IMG/VR virus record: IMGVR_UViG_2913112809_000003
DNA: 47,567 nt
DNA from: a virus
Taxonomy: Duplodnaviria > Heunggongvirae > Uroviricota > Caudoviricetes
Direction: 5' to 3' (one strand)
This document shows, piece after piece, positions 28,650-37,300 of this stretch. A model generated the notes under the pieces. That model had not been told where the DNA came from. It ran no database searches and worked only from the letters and a program-made list of their open reading frames with translations. The translations under genes were made by a program, and so were the position numbers. Numbering within the stretch: the stretch's first letter is position 1; each line of letters opens with the position of its first letter.

Positions 28650-28837
28650 CGTCTGTAACAACCGAACTGATAATCTGCCAGACCCGCCATAACAAGCTGG
28701 GTCAGTATTAACTGGCAGCGTTCGCGTGAAAGGTAAGTATTCTGCGAAATTTCCCCGACGGTCGCCGGTTCGGTGACGCTTAATTCATTAAACACCACTC
28801 TGGCGGTTTCGGTCATATCCTGCTGTTTTAGCATGTC
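28637..28837 (-). CDS. small hypothetical protein, possibly winged-helix DNA-binding
   Basis: Start assigned to an internal ATG (MLKQQDMTE), about 66 aa; the annotated ORF extends further upstream; no recognisable family. Confidence 0.4.
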   Translation of the reverse strand, partial: DMLKQQDMTETARVVFNELSVTEPATVGEISQNTYLSRERCQLILTQLVMAGLADYQFGCYRRLPQ

Positions 28838-28955
28838 TTTTTCCCTTTTCTGGTTAACGTGACATACCAATAACTCTTGTCTAAAAAGCCAGCAAGCAAT
28901 AGATGTAAATGAGGTAAAAAATCAGCCCTGGCAGGATGGCTGGAATGTAACCTTG

Positions 28956-29672
28956 TTAATTGTTACCGATTTTACTTAACATATCCGCATAAGGTTCAAG
29001 CATGGAGTCAAGTAATGCGCCATTATCCGTAAACCTCCTGGCGGCCAGGTTGCATGCTTCAATAGATTCTTCGCAGTCCTTTTCAATTTTATCCTTCAGA
29101 AGAGAATAAAGTATAAATGTTATTTTTGTAGTCTTATAGGCGTTTTGCGACTTATAAGCATTATCAAAAAATTTTATATGGTTTCCATGAATATTTTGAG
29201 ACTCAAGGTTTAAAGCGATAGAAAAACACTCTGCTCTTGGCATAATAATATTTTCAATATTGGAGCAAATAAACTCCACATTATCGCCTTCGTTAAGGAA
29301 CTCTAGCTCACCTTCTGATTTCTTATCATAGTAAGCATAAAACGATTCAAATCCCCTATCACTATCCCTTAGCAGAACAAAAAATCTATCACCAAGACTT
29401 TGCTTAATTGCCCGGGCTGTTGAGTTTATGATGAATATATCTTTATACTTTTTCTTCGCTCTCAATTCATTATTATTGAAGTCGTCTATAATCTCACTCG
29501 CTGAATATCTTTTAAGTCCATCAAGATACTGGATAGCCATTGCTTGCCCTGTAGGCAAAAAAAATGAAAATGCCCTACTGTTACTGGCGCTTATGTATTC
29601 ATTACTAGTGGCATAACACTGAGATATCGATAGTGCAATAAAAAATGAAAACAGCTTAATTAGTTTATGCAT
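28956..29672 (-). CDS. AT-rich secreted protein of unknown function (moron)
   Basis: ATG at 29672 with an AGGTGA site; N-terminal signal peptide MHKLIKLFSFFIALSISQCYA; GC content far below its neighbours. Confidence 0.7.
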   Translation of the reverse strand: MHKLIKLFSFFIALSISQCYATSNEYISASNSRAFSFFLPTGQAMAIQYLDGLKRYSASEIIDDFNNNELRAKKKYKDIFIINSTARAIKQSLGDRFFVLLRDSDRGFESFYAYYDKKSEGELEFLNEGDNVEFICSNIENIIMPRAECFSIALNLESQNIHGNHIKFFDNAYKSQNAYKTTKITFILYSLLKDKIEKDCEESIEACNLAARRFTDNGALLDSMLEPYADMLSKIGNN

Positions 29673-29824
29673 AAATATCACCTATTGAAACAACGGATTT
29701 TCAATAGTAATGATATTCATCATTCCATAATTTGATATCAGTCAATAACGAATTGACATCTTTTAACGCATAGCAGCACACATTAACCAAGATTCACTGA
29801 TGAATGCCACCTGAAATCTATCAC

Positions 29825-29850
29825 AACAAAAAAACCCGCTCGGCGGCGGG
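29825..29850 (-). terminator. tR'-like intrinsic terminator downstream of the Q-like gene
   Basis: Hairpin CCCGC-cgccga-GCGGG followed on the minus strand by a T7 run, about 85 nt after the Q stop codon. Confidence 0.5.
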
Positions 29851-29892
29851 TTGTAGAAATCCTTCTAACGTCAGGCATAAAACGCCCATCGT

Positions 29893-29927
29893 TAGGGCAA
29901 ATTTACCACAGATTCGGGAAAAATCAA
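29893..29927 (-). promoter_or_regulatory. putative late promoter (pR'-like)
   Basis: Minus-strand TTGATT, 16-nt spacer, TAAATT, beginning 6 nt after the Q stop and about 50-65 nt upstream of the terminator. Confidence 0.4.
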
Positions 29928-29932
29928 CAACA

Positions 29933-30754
29933 CTATCGCGTTACCCTCTTTAACTGCTGCTCTGCCCATGCCTCTTCAATGTCAAACAGAACCACCAATG
30001 TATCGTAAAAGCGTTTCACTGATTTTTTCCACGTATCAAGCGTGATAGCACTCGTCACTTTGCATATGGCATTAAATGCCTCCGTTGATGGCAGCCTTTC
30101 ATAGCCACGACCACCACAACGCTGACAGTTTCTGAAAACTGGTACGCCCTGCTTTTCCGACTCTTCACGATGAATGGCAACACCGCGTCCACGGCAATCT
30201 TTACAGGCAGTGGAAATCTCCCCCTTCCCTTTACATTCAGGACAGGAGACTTTCACCACCTCCCGGATTTTTTTCCATTCTTCCCAGTAAGACGGATACA
30301 CACCTTTAGTACACTTTGCCCATACTGGCGGCTTGCCATCCGGATACTGAACCTTGTTTGTAAAGACTTCGCTTTCAATAAATTTTTCCCCTCGGCAACA
30401 AGGGCATTGCTTTTTACTCGCTGCACTGCGGGCATAATCCTCAAAAGCATACGAAGCCATAATGTGCATCACTGCCGGTTTTATTTCTGCCGGGAGTTTC
30501 CTTAACGCCGCGACGCGATCGCACCGACTTAATGCATAATCTGCCAGTAATTCTGTTGCCCGCATCCTGTCATTCATACTAATACCCATTTTCCCCAGGA
30601 ACGCAGAAAATCCCATCTCAGCCCGGTTCTGTGTCATACCCTGCGCAGCCATCACATCAGTGATACTCAGCGCATCTTTTGACGTCGAGGCAGACGCATC
30701 AGTCAGGCCTGGCGATTTTGGGGAATAGTATTTCGGTAAATCTTCCAGTTTCAT
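29933..30754 (-). CDS. putative late-gene antiterminator (Q-like) with CxxC zinc-finger repeats
   Basis: 273-aa ORF directly downstream of rusA and upstream of the promoter/terminator pair; four CxxC motifs, three in a CxxCxGxG context; assignment rests largely on position. Confidence 0.55.
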   Translation of the reverse strand: MKLEDLPKYYSPKSPGLTDASASTSKDALSITDVMAAQGMTQNRAEMGFSAFLGKMGISMNDRMRATELLADYALSRCDRVAALRKLPAEIKPAVMHIMASYAFEDYARSAASKKQCPCCRGEKFIESEVFTNKVQYPDGKPPVWAKCTKGVYPSYWEEWKKIREVVKVSCPECKGKGEISTACKDCRGRGVAIHREESEKQGVPVFRNCQRCGGRGYERLPSTEAFNAICKVTSAITLDTWKKSVKRFYDTLVVLFDIEEAWAEQQLKRVTR

Positions 30755-31125
30755 TTTTTGACCTGCCCGTCATGCATTATTTTGCAAATCTTCACACCCA
30801 GCCGCCCACCAGGAATGGGCTGACCGCGCACAATATTGATTTCATCAAACTGCTCGTCATCGATAAGCAGTCCCGCATGCATCAGTGCATCCAGTGGTGC
30901 TTTCAGGATATTGTCCAGGTCGCGGCGGCGCTTATCCGGTGGCTCTGCAACAATCTTTATTGCCAGCCTTCCGGACAGGTTTAACTTCAGCCGCTGCTGA
31001 CGAACAATAAGCGCCACATCACGGCGATAACGCTCACCGGCTTTTGATACAAAATATATGCTGCCACGACGTCGCCAGTAGGTGTTCACCGTCGGCGGGT
31101 AAGGCAAAACAAACTCTATACGCAT
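30751..31125 (-). CDS. rusA: Holliday junction resolvase RusA
   Basis: 124-aa ORF with the RusA motifs PYPPTVNTYW and PDKRRRDLDN. Confidence 0.9.
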   Translation of the reverse strand: MRIEFVLPYPPTVNTYWRRRGSIYFVSKAGERYRRDVALIVRQQRLKLNLSGRLAIKIVAEPPDKRRRDLDNILKAPLDALMHAGLLIDDEQFDEINIVRGQPIPGGRLGVKICKIMHDGQVKK

Positions 31126-31137
31126 CAGTAACCTCTT

Positions 31138-32187
31138 TTACCCGAGCACGCCGGTTGCAAAGGCGCGATCAAGAAAACGAAAAATTAAATCAATCTGGGA
31201 ACCATGCTTTTCTTCAAATGCCAGCGGATCAGCATGAAGTTCGTTGTGATGCTCCCGGCACAGCGGTAGCGTGAAAATATCGTGGGCTTTTGTCCCTATT
31301 CCGCCCTGACCGTGGCCTATCAGGTGGTGGGGATCGTCGGCTGGCTTACCACAGCACGCACACGGCTGCGCCTTAACCCAGCGCGTGTACTTTTCATTAA
31401 CCCAGCGGCGACGTTTTGGTCGCTTCATGAAAGATTCCGGAGACTCCGGATCAACAGCGATGCTTACCACCGTCTTTTCCTGTGGCAGGCTCTGTTGCTG
31501 GTGGACGTGAGGCGGTAACGCAATATTTTTTGTGCGCTGCTTCAGTATGCTGGTGGCTGTCTGCTCTCCAGGTACGATGTCGCTGTCGCGGTACACTGAG
31601 AGGATTTTATCCGCACGCAATCCCAGCGAACGACGTAATACTGCCTCCGGTAATGCGTCCGCTACCTGATTGCAGACCGCCCACCAGGATAATTCAGCCA
31701 GCGATAATTCCCGCGCCCGCGGGCCGTTCATTGCGTGACGTATGGCGTCGATCATCCATGCTGCCAGGTTTTGTTGAGCAAGTTGCCCGAGTGATTCGGA
31801 GGTCTGGTCGCGCAACTGGTTGTCGCAGTGCCAGCACAACACCATCGCGCCGGCACCGTAACGGTGAATGACGGTTTCACTGTGATGATAATCGCCGTGT
31901 GGCCACTGGCAGGATTTAACATGGCGCAGTAACCAGTCAGACAGTGCACCAGCACCGCCGGCAGCACGAATCACCCGCTCATCGCTGAAAAATGGCAGTA
32001 ATGATTTATCTTCTGCCAGCGGCTGGCGAACGGCAGGAACGACTCCGGACGGCAGACTGCGCATGCTTTTCGGTTCAGGCTCCACCAGTACGCGGGCATG
32101 ACGGAATATCGGCATGGTTTCATGGTCCAGCTTAATAACAGCCAGCCCGAGTTCCGGCACCAGAACAGGTCGATGTAATGCCCTCAC
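31138..32187 (-). CDS. DUF968-like protein with C-terminal HNH-type zinc-finger motif
   Basis: 349-aa ORF with C-terminal CACCGK...HHLIGHG...CREHHNELH; position between rusA and the hok module. Confidence 0.6.
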   Translation of the reverse strand: MRALHRPVLVPELGLAVIKLDHETMPIFRHARVLVEPEPKSMRSLPSGVVPAVRQPLAEDKSLLPFFSDERVIRAAGGAGALSDWLLRHVKSCQWPHGDYHHSETVIHRYGAGAMVLCWHCDNQLRDQTSESLGQLAQQNLAAWMIDAIRHAMNGPRARELSLAELSWWAVCNQVADALPEAVLRRSLGLRADKILSVYRDSDIVPGEQTATSILKQRTKNIALPPHVHQQQSLPQEKTVVSIAVDPESPESFMKRPKRRRWVNEKYTRWVKAQPCACCGKPADDPHHLIGHGQGGIGTKAHDIFTLPLCREHHNELHADPLAFEEKHGSQIDLIFRFLDRAFATGVLG

Positions 32188-32188
32188 G

Positions 32189-32467
32189 TTACCTCCAGAT
32201 CCGTTGCTGGAATGTGCGGGACGGACGCGGTGGGCGTTCAGAGTAAGGCAGTCTGACTGAGATTATCCAGTGACGATAATCGAGGCTGAGATCTTTCTGA
32301 ACCTCGTACCCACGTCTGCGGTAGTTCTGAATCAGCCATTCGGCCTGTTCTTCAGTGCAGGGGTCATGCTGGAACCAGTCAGATTTGAATGCGTGAGAAC
32401 GCCGCCCGTGCCTGCTGGCAAAGACGGCGAGATTATCAGAATTGTGTGGTCTGGAATTTTGCGCCAT
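32189..32467 (-). CDS. hypothetical protein
   Basis: 92-aa ORF adjacent to the DUF968-like gene; no family recognised. Confidence 0.5.
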   Translation of the reverse strand: MAQNSRPHNSDNLAVFASRHGRRSHAFKSDWFQHDPCTEEQAEWLIQNYRRRGYEVQKDLSLDYRHWIISVRLPYSERPPRPSRTFQQRIWR

Positions 32468-32533
32468 CGGCTTTCTCCGGTGGCACAGTGTTACTCAACA
32501 GGGGTTCAGCCCTGCGCTGAATTGTAGTTGAAT

Positions 32534-32794
32534 TCACTCATCTTCAAAAGTAGAAAAACCAGCCTTAAGCACGGTTTCTTTCAGAGACTGCAATGATGTG
32601 ACAAATTCATTTTCGCGCAAAATAAAACCGTCCGTCAGAAGCTCATCCACAAAATAAATTAACGCAGCCCCACTCTTCCTTGGTTGGGATTGTAAACATT
32701 TAATACGGCAGTGACTGACAATAGTTCTATTCTCAACGCGCACAGCATAGAGGCCATTTTCACTAAAAAATTCACGTAATTCTTCGATTTTCAT
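32534..32794 (-). CDS. hypothetical protein
   Basis: Start assigned to the ATG at 32794 with a GGAAGGA site (MKIEELREFF), 86 aa. Confidence 0.5.
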   Translation of the reverse strand: MKIEELREFFSENGLYAVRVENRTIVSHCRIKCLQSQPRKSGAALIYFVDELLTDGFILRENEFVTSLQSLKETVLKAGFSTFEDE

Positions 32795-33034
32795 CTTCAG
32801 AATCCTTCCAGATAAATAGCACTCCCCTGTTCGGGGTCCATCCATCTTCTCCCTGCGCGCTACTCAAAACGGGTGAATTCTAATTAATCTTTATTTCGAA
32901 GCAATCGCAAAAAACAAAATAGAAAATAAAAACAAACACACCAAAAACAACAAATACAACCATATCGAAAATTAATTAACTATTCGGACAGCAGAGCAAT
33001 ATAACTTCAGTTAAAATCATTAATCTCCCTTATT

Positions 33035-33064
33035 CATGAAAAACAAAACCCGCCGAAGCGGGTT
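33035..33064 (-). terminator. intrinsic terminator of the hok transcript
   Basis: Hairpin AACCCGC-ttcg-GCGGGTT followed on the minus strand by TTTTGTTTTT, about 70 nt after the hok stop. Confidence 0.5.
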
Positions 33065-33131
33065 AAGTGCGGGTGCGTTGAGGATGCCTGACACATCAGA
33101 GATGGCGGGGGATTTCTCCCCGCCGAGTCTC

Positions 33132-33287
33132 TTACTCCTCAGATTCGTAAGCTGTGAAGACAGCGACCTCCGTCTGGCCGGTTCGGATTCGTACCTCGCA
33201 AAGGTCTTTCCTCGTTACCAGTGCCGTCACTATGACGGTTAAACAGATGACGATCAGGGCGATTAACATCGCCTTTTGCTGCTTCAT
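33132..33287 (-). CDS. hokD: Hok-family type I toxin (HokD/RelF-like)
   Basis: Encodes MKQQKAMLIALIVICLTVIVTALVTRKDLCEVRIRTGQTEVAVFTAYESEE (51 aa), near-identical to HokD as recalled. Confidence 0.9.
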   Translation of the reverse strand: MKQQKAMLIALIVICLTVIVTALVTRKDLCEVRIRTGQTEVAVFTAYESEE

Positions 33288-33345
33288 AGCCTGCTTCTCC
33301 TTGACCTTTCGGTCCGTAAGAGGCTAACCTACATGTGTCTAGCAT
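33139..33345 (-). CDS. mok-like overlapping reading frame
   Basis: 68-aa ORF in another frame that starts upstream of hok and overlaps it throughout, as mok does in hok/sok loci. Confidence 0.4.
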   Translation of the reverse strand: MLDTCRLASYGPKGQGEAGYEAAKGDVNRPDRHLFNRHSDGTGNEERPLRGTNPNRPDGGRCLHSLRI

Positions 33346-33578
33346 GAAATTGGCCTCAGATTAATGTTAAGCGTCTTGCAGGACGCGTAATGTTAACTGG
33401 GGCTTTTCTCTGTCTGCCTTACAGTGGCATGCCCGAGGCAGACAGCCTCAAGCACCCGCAGCAATTCTACTTAACTATCTTTCTCCCGCAAATCGTTTTT
33501 ATCCCCAGCGGCAAATCGAATACACCACCAGCGCCACCGCCAGTGCAATTCCTACTGTTGTGAATGCCTCAGGCCAGG

Positions 33579-34067
33579 TCATCGCAAAACATCCTCCACG
33601 CCTTTCAACCCGTTCCGCTCCAGATAGCCCATCGCCTTATCTGGCAATTTGCAGTCCGGTTTCGATTTCTTCAGTTGGCTGACTAATTGCTTCACCAGCA
33701 TTGTCAATTCGATAACCTGTTTGCCAGATGTTCGCTCACTACAGCTTATCCAACCATCCGTAGTTACCGAAATTGGCGGCGCGGCATATAGCTTACGGGT
33801 CTGAACACCTGCCCCCTGACATTTCTCTTCCTCAACAAATCCTTCGTAAACGCATTCTCCGCAATCTTCCCATTCTCCCCATTCATCATATTCTGCATCC
33901 CACTGGCGATACTGATATGCCACTGGCTCTGCTTCCAACGATGCCAGCGCAATACGAAACACATTGGCAAGCAGGCTGTTTGAAGATTGGTTATCGTGCG
34001 CCGCATCGCTCAGAAAGCCGGTGATGAATGATTTAATCTCTGCGCTTTCTCTGGTAATAGTTGCCAT
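33579..34067 (-). CDS. hypothetical acidic protein
   Basis: Start assigned to the ATG at 34067 with an AAGGA site (MATITRESAEIK), 162 aa; Trp/Glu-rich. Confidence 0.5.
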   Translation of the reverse strand: MATITRESAEIKSFITGFLSDAAHDNQSSNSLLANVFRIALASLEAEPVAYQYRQWDAEYDEWGEWEDCGECVYEGFVEEEKCQGAGVQTRKLYAAPPISVTTDGWISCSERTSGKQVIELTMLVKQLVSQLKKSKPDCKLPDKAMGYLERNGLKGVEDVLR

Positions 34068-34068
34068 A

Positions 34069-34287
34069 TCAGTTTTCCTTATACGGATTAATTTTATTGT
34101 GCAGTGTGTTGAACGAGGCCCATACCACGTCGTTATACAATTCAATAACTGGCTCAATTATTTTCCCGATTCCCCATACCAGAATTAACGGGGATATCGG
34201 TATCATCAACACGATAAACAGAATGAGAAACAGGAATTCTGTTGTTCGACTTCTTCGCGGATAATTTTTCCTGAATAGTGTAGGCAT
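34069..34287 (-). CDS. small membrane protein
   Basis: 72-aa ORF with an AAGGAG site 7 nt upstream and one strongly hydrophobic helix (FLFLILFIVLMIPISPLILVWGIG). Confidence 0.55.
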   Translation of the reverse strand: MPTLFRKNYPRRSRTTEFLFLILFIVLMIPISPLILVWGIGKIIEPVIELYNDVVWASFNTLHNKINPYKEN

Positions 34288-34755
34288 ATCACGCTCCTTT
34301 AGTGCGGAAGTGATTTTTCCGGCGGTTTTGCTCTGCGCTGGGCTTTTTGCAACAGCTGTGACCCATCACCCCGCAACACCCCGTCAATCTCACTCGTCTG
34401 TTACTAATCCTCAACCATCGCCAGCCCCCAACACCGTTTCTGCGAGCTAACAGAATTTTTGCTTTACGGTTTTTCATCGTTTTGCTCTCCTGCGTTTCTT
34501 TGCTGCACGGCGTGCCGCTGCAATACCGGTACGACGTTTCGGTGCCGGGATAATATTGTCAGCCATCATGACATGTGGAATAACTGTTAACGACGACGCC
34601 CCGAACCGCACCAGATACGGCACTAAACAATTTTCCATCCGCATTTCTCACCTCAATTAACCTGAATATCAGTAATTGTTTGTTGCGACCATTCTTTAGT
34701 TAATTTAGTTAATTCAGCCATTTTTATTACCGCCCTTTCGGGCGGCCTCCCGACA

Positions 34756-34968
34756 TTAAGCGTTGTGGTAACTCATGGCTTCATTTGCAGCATCAACCGG
34801 ATCAACCTCCCACCAGCAATAATTTTGGTCGATTCCTTCAGGCGTCCACGGCTCTAATTCATTTTTTGCCACATTCTCGTCGCCAGTAATTTTAAAAATC
34901 TGTTCAGAGAATTTTTTCACCCACTCGTTATATTTTTCCGCATTAATGGTTTTCTGTGTATTTAACAT
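34756..34968 (-). CDS. hypothetical protein
   Basis: 70-aa ORF with a GGAGG site. Confidence 0.5.
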   Translation of the reverse strand: MLNTQKTINAEKYNEWVKKFSEQIFKITGDENVAKNELEPWTPEGIDQNYCWWEVDPVDAANEAMSYHNA

Positions 34969-35018
34969 AGATATACCTCCAGTTAAGGATTTGATTTTAT
35001 TTACAGTGCTAAATTTAA

Positions 35019-35375
35019 TTATTCAGTTCTGGATTTTGTCGCCCTGCGTATCCGCGCTTTCGCGTTACGCTCAATCTGAATTAGCTTTTCTATATTTTTT
35101 CGCCTTTCCTGTTCCTCCTGGCGCAATAGTTTTACATCATCTGCCAGTCTGGTTTCTCTTTTCGCCACAGAGAGCATCCAGTCAAACGGCTCCACAACTG
35201 CACCGCAGATTTTACAGCGGACCTGACGCTCTTTTTCGTCAACCTGGACAGAAGCGTGATGACAATATGGTCTTCGCGATGGCTCATAAAGAAAATTAAC
35301 CTGATTACGCGGGTCATCCTCTTTTACCGGAAATAAAACAATATTACTTAACTCATCTTCTGGTTTTATTTCCAT
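35019..35375 (-). CDS. hypothetical protein with zinc-ribbon-like motif
   Basis: Start assigned to the ATG at 35375 with a GGAGAGGAG site; contains CHH...CKICG and a basic helical C-terminus. Confidence 0.5.
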   Translation of the reverse strand: MEIKPEDELSNIVLFPVKEDDPRNQVNFLYEPSRRPYCHHASVQVDEKERQVRCKICGAVVEPFDWMLSVAKRETRLADDVKLLRQEEQERRKNIEKLIQIERNAKARIRRATKSRTE

Positions 35376-35817
35376 ACTCCTCTCCTTTGATATGAATGCC
35401 AGCAACACGTAGTGCATGTTCTAAGTCAGCCAGATAAAGCCAGCAGCCATTTTCTTTAGGTATCATGACGTGGCGCTCATCATCATTTATCGGGTGTCCA
35501 TATCGAAGGCCATAGCGAGTCGGCAAATGAACTTCCCGCGCTTCCAGCTCTTTAACGCGTTCCTCGAGTTGGTAAATTCTGTATTGTTCTCTATGATCAA
35601 TCAGATATAACCCAGGGCATTCGCTATCTACCCAGCCACCGAAATCATGATCGTAACGCTCACATGAAAACTCACCGTCGCTGTCCTTTGTTGGAATGGT
35701 GTAACTGTCTAATGGGCCACCATACGTCGGCACATTTCCCAACTTCGGGTGCTCAATCCACATGAAAAATGCACGTCCGGTTATTGGGCAAATATCTGGT
35801 CGCCATTGGTCACTCAC
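35353..35817 (-). CDS. hypothetical protein
   Basis: 154-aa ORF in the nin-like region, overlapping its neighbours by a few codons. Confidence 0.55.
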   Translation of the reverse strand: MSDQWRPDICPITGRAFFMWIEHPKLGNVPTYGGPLDSYTIPTKDSDGEFSCERYDHDFGGWVDSECPGLYLIDHREQYRIYQLEERVKELEAREVHLPTRYGLRYGHPINDDERHVMIPKENGCWLYLADLEHALRVAGIHIKGEEYGNKTRR

Positions 35818-36073
35818 TGGTTACCTCCGCTTCCCACGTTTTCAAGCTTTCACCACAGAACGGGCAAAAACACATTGCAACGCCACGACCGACATATTGA
35901 CCAGAGTGAATTTGAGCAATGTCTAAGCCTGGCTCGCCAGTGTTTATGTTCACACGCCCCGGGATAAATATACCTTTGCTCTTAAATGTTGGATTTCCAT
36001 ATTCGAGTGCTTTTGCCAATGCCGCACACGGTTCTATCTGATTGCCATTAACCCTGCATTTTGATTCACTCAC
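35810..36073 (-). CDS. hypothetical Cys-containing protein
   Basis: 87-aa ORF with the motif CFCPFCG. Confidence 0.5.
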   Translation of the reverse strand: MSESKCRVNGNQIEPCAALAKALEYGNPTFKSKGIFIPGRVNINTGEPGLDIAQIHSGQYVGRGVAMCFCPFCGESLKTWEAEVTSE

Positions 36074-36492
36074 CGCACCACCTCCTGAAATTTCCCCTGA
36101 TAAAACGCCAGCACACGCTGCATAGCTTCACTTTTCCTGCACTCGCGACAGATTATGTTCATACGCCTGTCGTAGCGGCGTATTTCTCCGTCTGGTAATG
36201 ACCAGATAAGGTCAGGATCAACCACAACCGGTTTCTTCACCTTTGCTCTTGATAGTTTTTTACGGGCGTTTTGCCAGTCCTTACGAGCCTGTTCAGACGG
36301 AAATAACCCGTAGCCAGAATTGTATACATCGCCACTGGCAACCAGCTCTCTGGCGAGAACGCTCATTAAATATCTTGTCGCACCCGTCTTAGCTTCCAGT
36401 TGTCGTAGCGTCTCGCGCCCACTCTGGCGCACAAGTTCAACAACCTGCCCCTTAATTTTTTCCCGCTCTTCTTGTGTAAAAACTTTTGCCAT
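36070..36492 (-). CDS. hypothetical protein
   Basis: Start assigned to the ATG at 36492 with a GGAGG site (MAKVFTQEERE), 140 aa. Confidence 0.5.
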   Translation of the reverse strand: MAKVFTQEEREKIKGQVVELVRQSGRETLRQLEAKTGATRYLMSVLARELVASGDVYNSGYGLFPSEQARKDWQNARKKLSRAKVKKPVVVDPDLIWSLPDGEIRRYDRRMNIICRECRKSEAMQRVLAFYQGKFQEVVR

Positions 36493-36507
36493 AAGCGCCT
36501 CCGGCAA

Positions 36508-37269
36508 TCACTTTTCCGACACAATACGACTGGAGGAATCGACAATCTGTCGGACAATATCCCGGTGCTTGTTCAACTCTCGCAGCGCGGCGCAGATACG
36601 CTCCCACTTCTGGACATGGCCTTTCGCCCGACGCAGTTCGCGGTTTGCCATATGCAGTGATGGTAAAATCAGGTCATCCGCGCGCGTTTCAGTAAACGAT
36701 GGCAACGATTGCACAATGTCCGCCACAGTTTCTGTTTTAATATCTTCCTGCGTCGCCGCTTCCAGGGCTGGTAAAATGGCCTCTGCAGGCTGAAGCTGGG
36801 ACTTACCGCTAGTTTCGACCTCGGAAGTGTTTTCTGGCTGCACCAGCAAATTATCGCCCGGTATGCAGTAACGAAATTTACCGTTCTGGTTTACGCGAAT
36901 CAGACGACCTTTGCTGATTGCCATTGCCAGCGTTGAAGCCACTTTGCGGGATGTGGTACCGAACAGCGTAGCCAGTTCATCCGCCGTTTGTGGTCCACGT
37001 TGCTCAATCGTCGCTTTTAAATCGCTCTCCGAAATTTTCACGACTGTTGCCGTGGTGGTTTCTTCCGGCAGTACTGCCTGTGCTGGCTGTTCCTGCTGAA
37101 CGTTGTTATCAGCCACACGCCAGGTGTATACGCTTTTATCAACGAAGCCAGCCTTTTTCAGTTCCCACAGCTCGTTCAGCACTTCTTCTCGACTGATATC
37201 AAGTCGCGTAGCCAGTTCTACCGACGTGGCTTTTCCCATTGCTTTCAGTGCGTCAAAAACAGTCTCCAT
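36508..37269 (-). CDS. hypothetical protein with two winged-helix-like segments
   Basis: Start assigned to the ATG at 37269 with a GGGAGGA site; two similar segments ([17 protein letters not shown] and [16 protein letters not shown]). Confidence 0.55.
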   Translation of the reverse strand: METVFDALKAMGKATSVELATRLDISREEVLNELWELKKAGFVDKSVYTWRVADNNVQQEQPAQAVLPEETTTATVVKISESDLKATIEQRGPQTADELATLFGTTSRKVASTLAMAISKGRLIRVNQNGKFRYCIPGDNLLVQPENTSEVETSGKSQLQPAEAILPALEAATQEDIKTETVADIVQSLPSFTETRADDLILPSLHMANRELRRAKGHVQKWERICAALRELNKHRDIVRQIVDSSSRIVSEK

Positions 37270-37300
37270 AAATTTCCTCCCGGTAAAATTACTTCTCAAC

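Noticed and set aside
28471-28695. 74-aa ORF overlapping the methyltransferase start
   Set aside because: Overlaps the methyltransferase start codon and the terminator hairpin; no ribosome-binding site.
28956-29672. Known toxin, Bor/Lom-type factor or type III effector as the identity of the secreted protein
   Set aside because: No recognisable similarity to Stx subunits, Bor, Lom or effector families from the sequence alone; left as unknown.
33345-33580. relB/relE antitoxin/toxin genes beside hok
   Set aside because: No ORF of suitable size or sequence upstream of hok; the region holds only the mok frame and leader hairpins.
33477-33582. Small ORF with an ATGA overlap to the upstream gene
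   Set aside because: The 35-aa translation (MTWPEAFTTVGIALRWRWWCIRFAAGDKKRFAGER) has no ribosome-binding site and falls within the expected hok mRNA 5' region.
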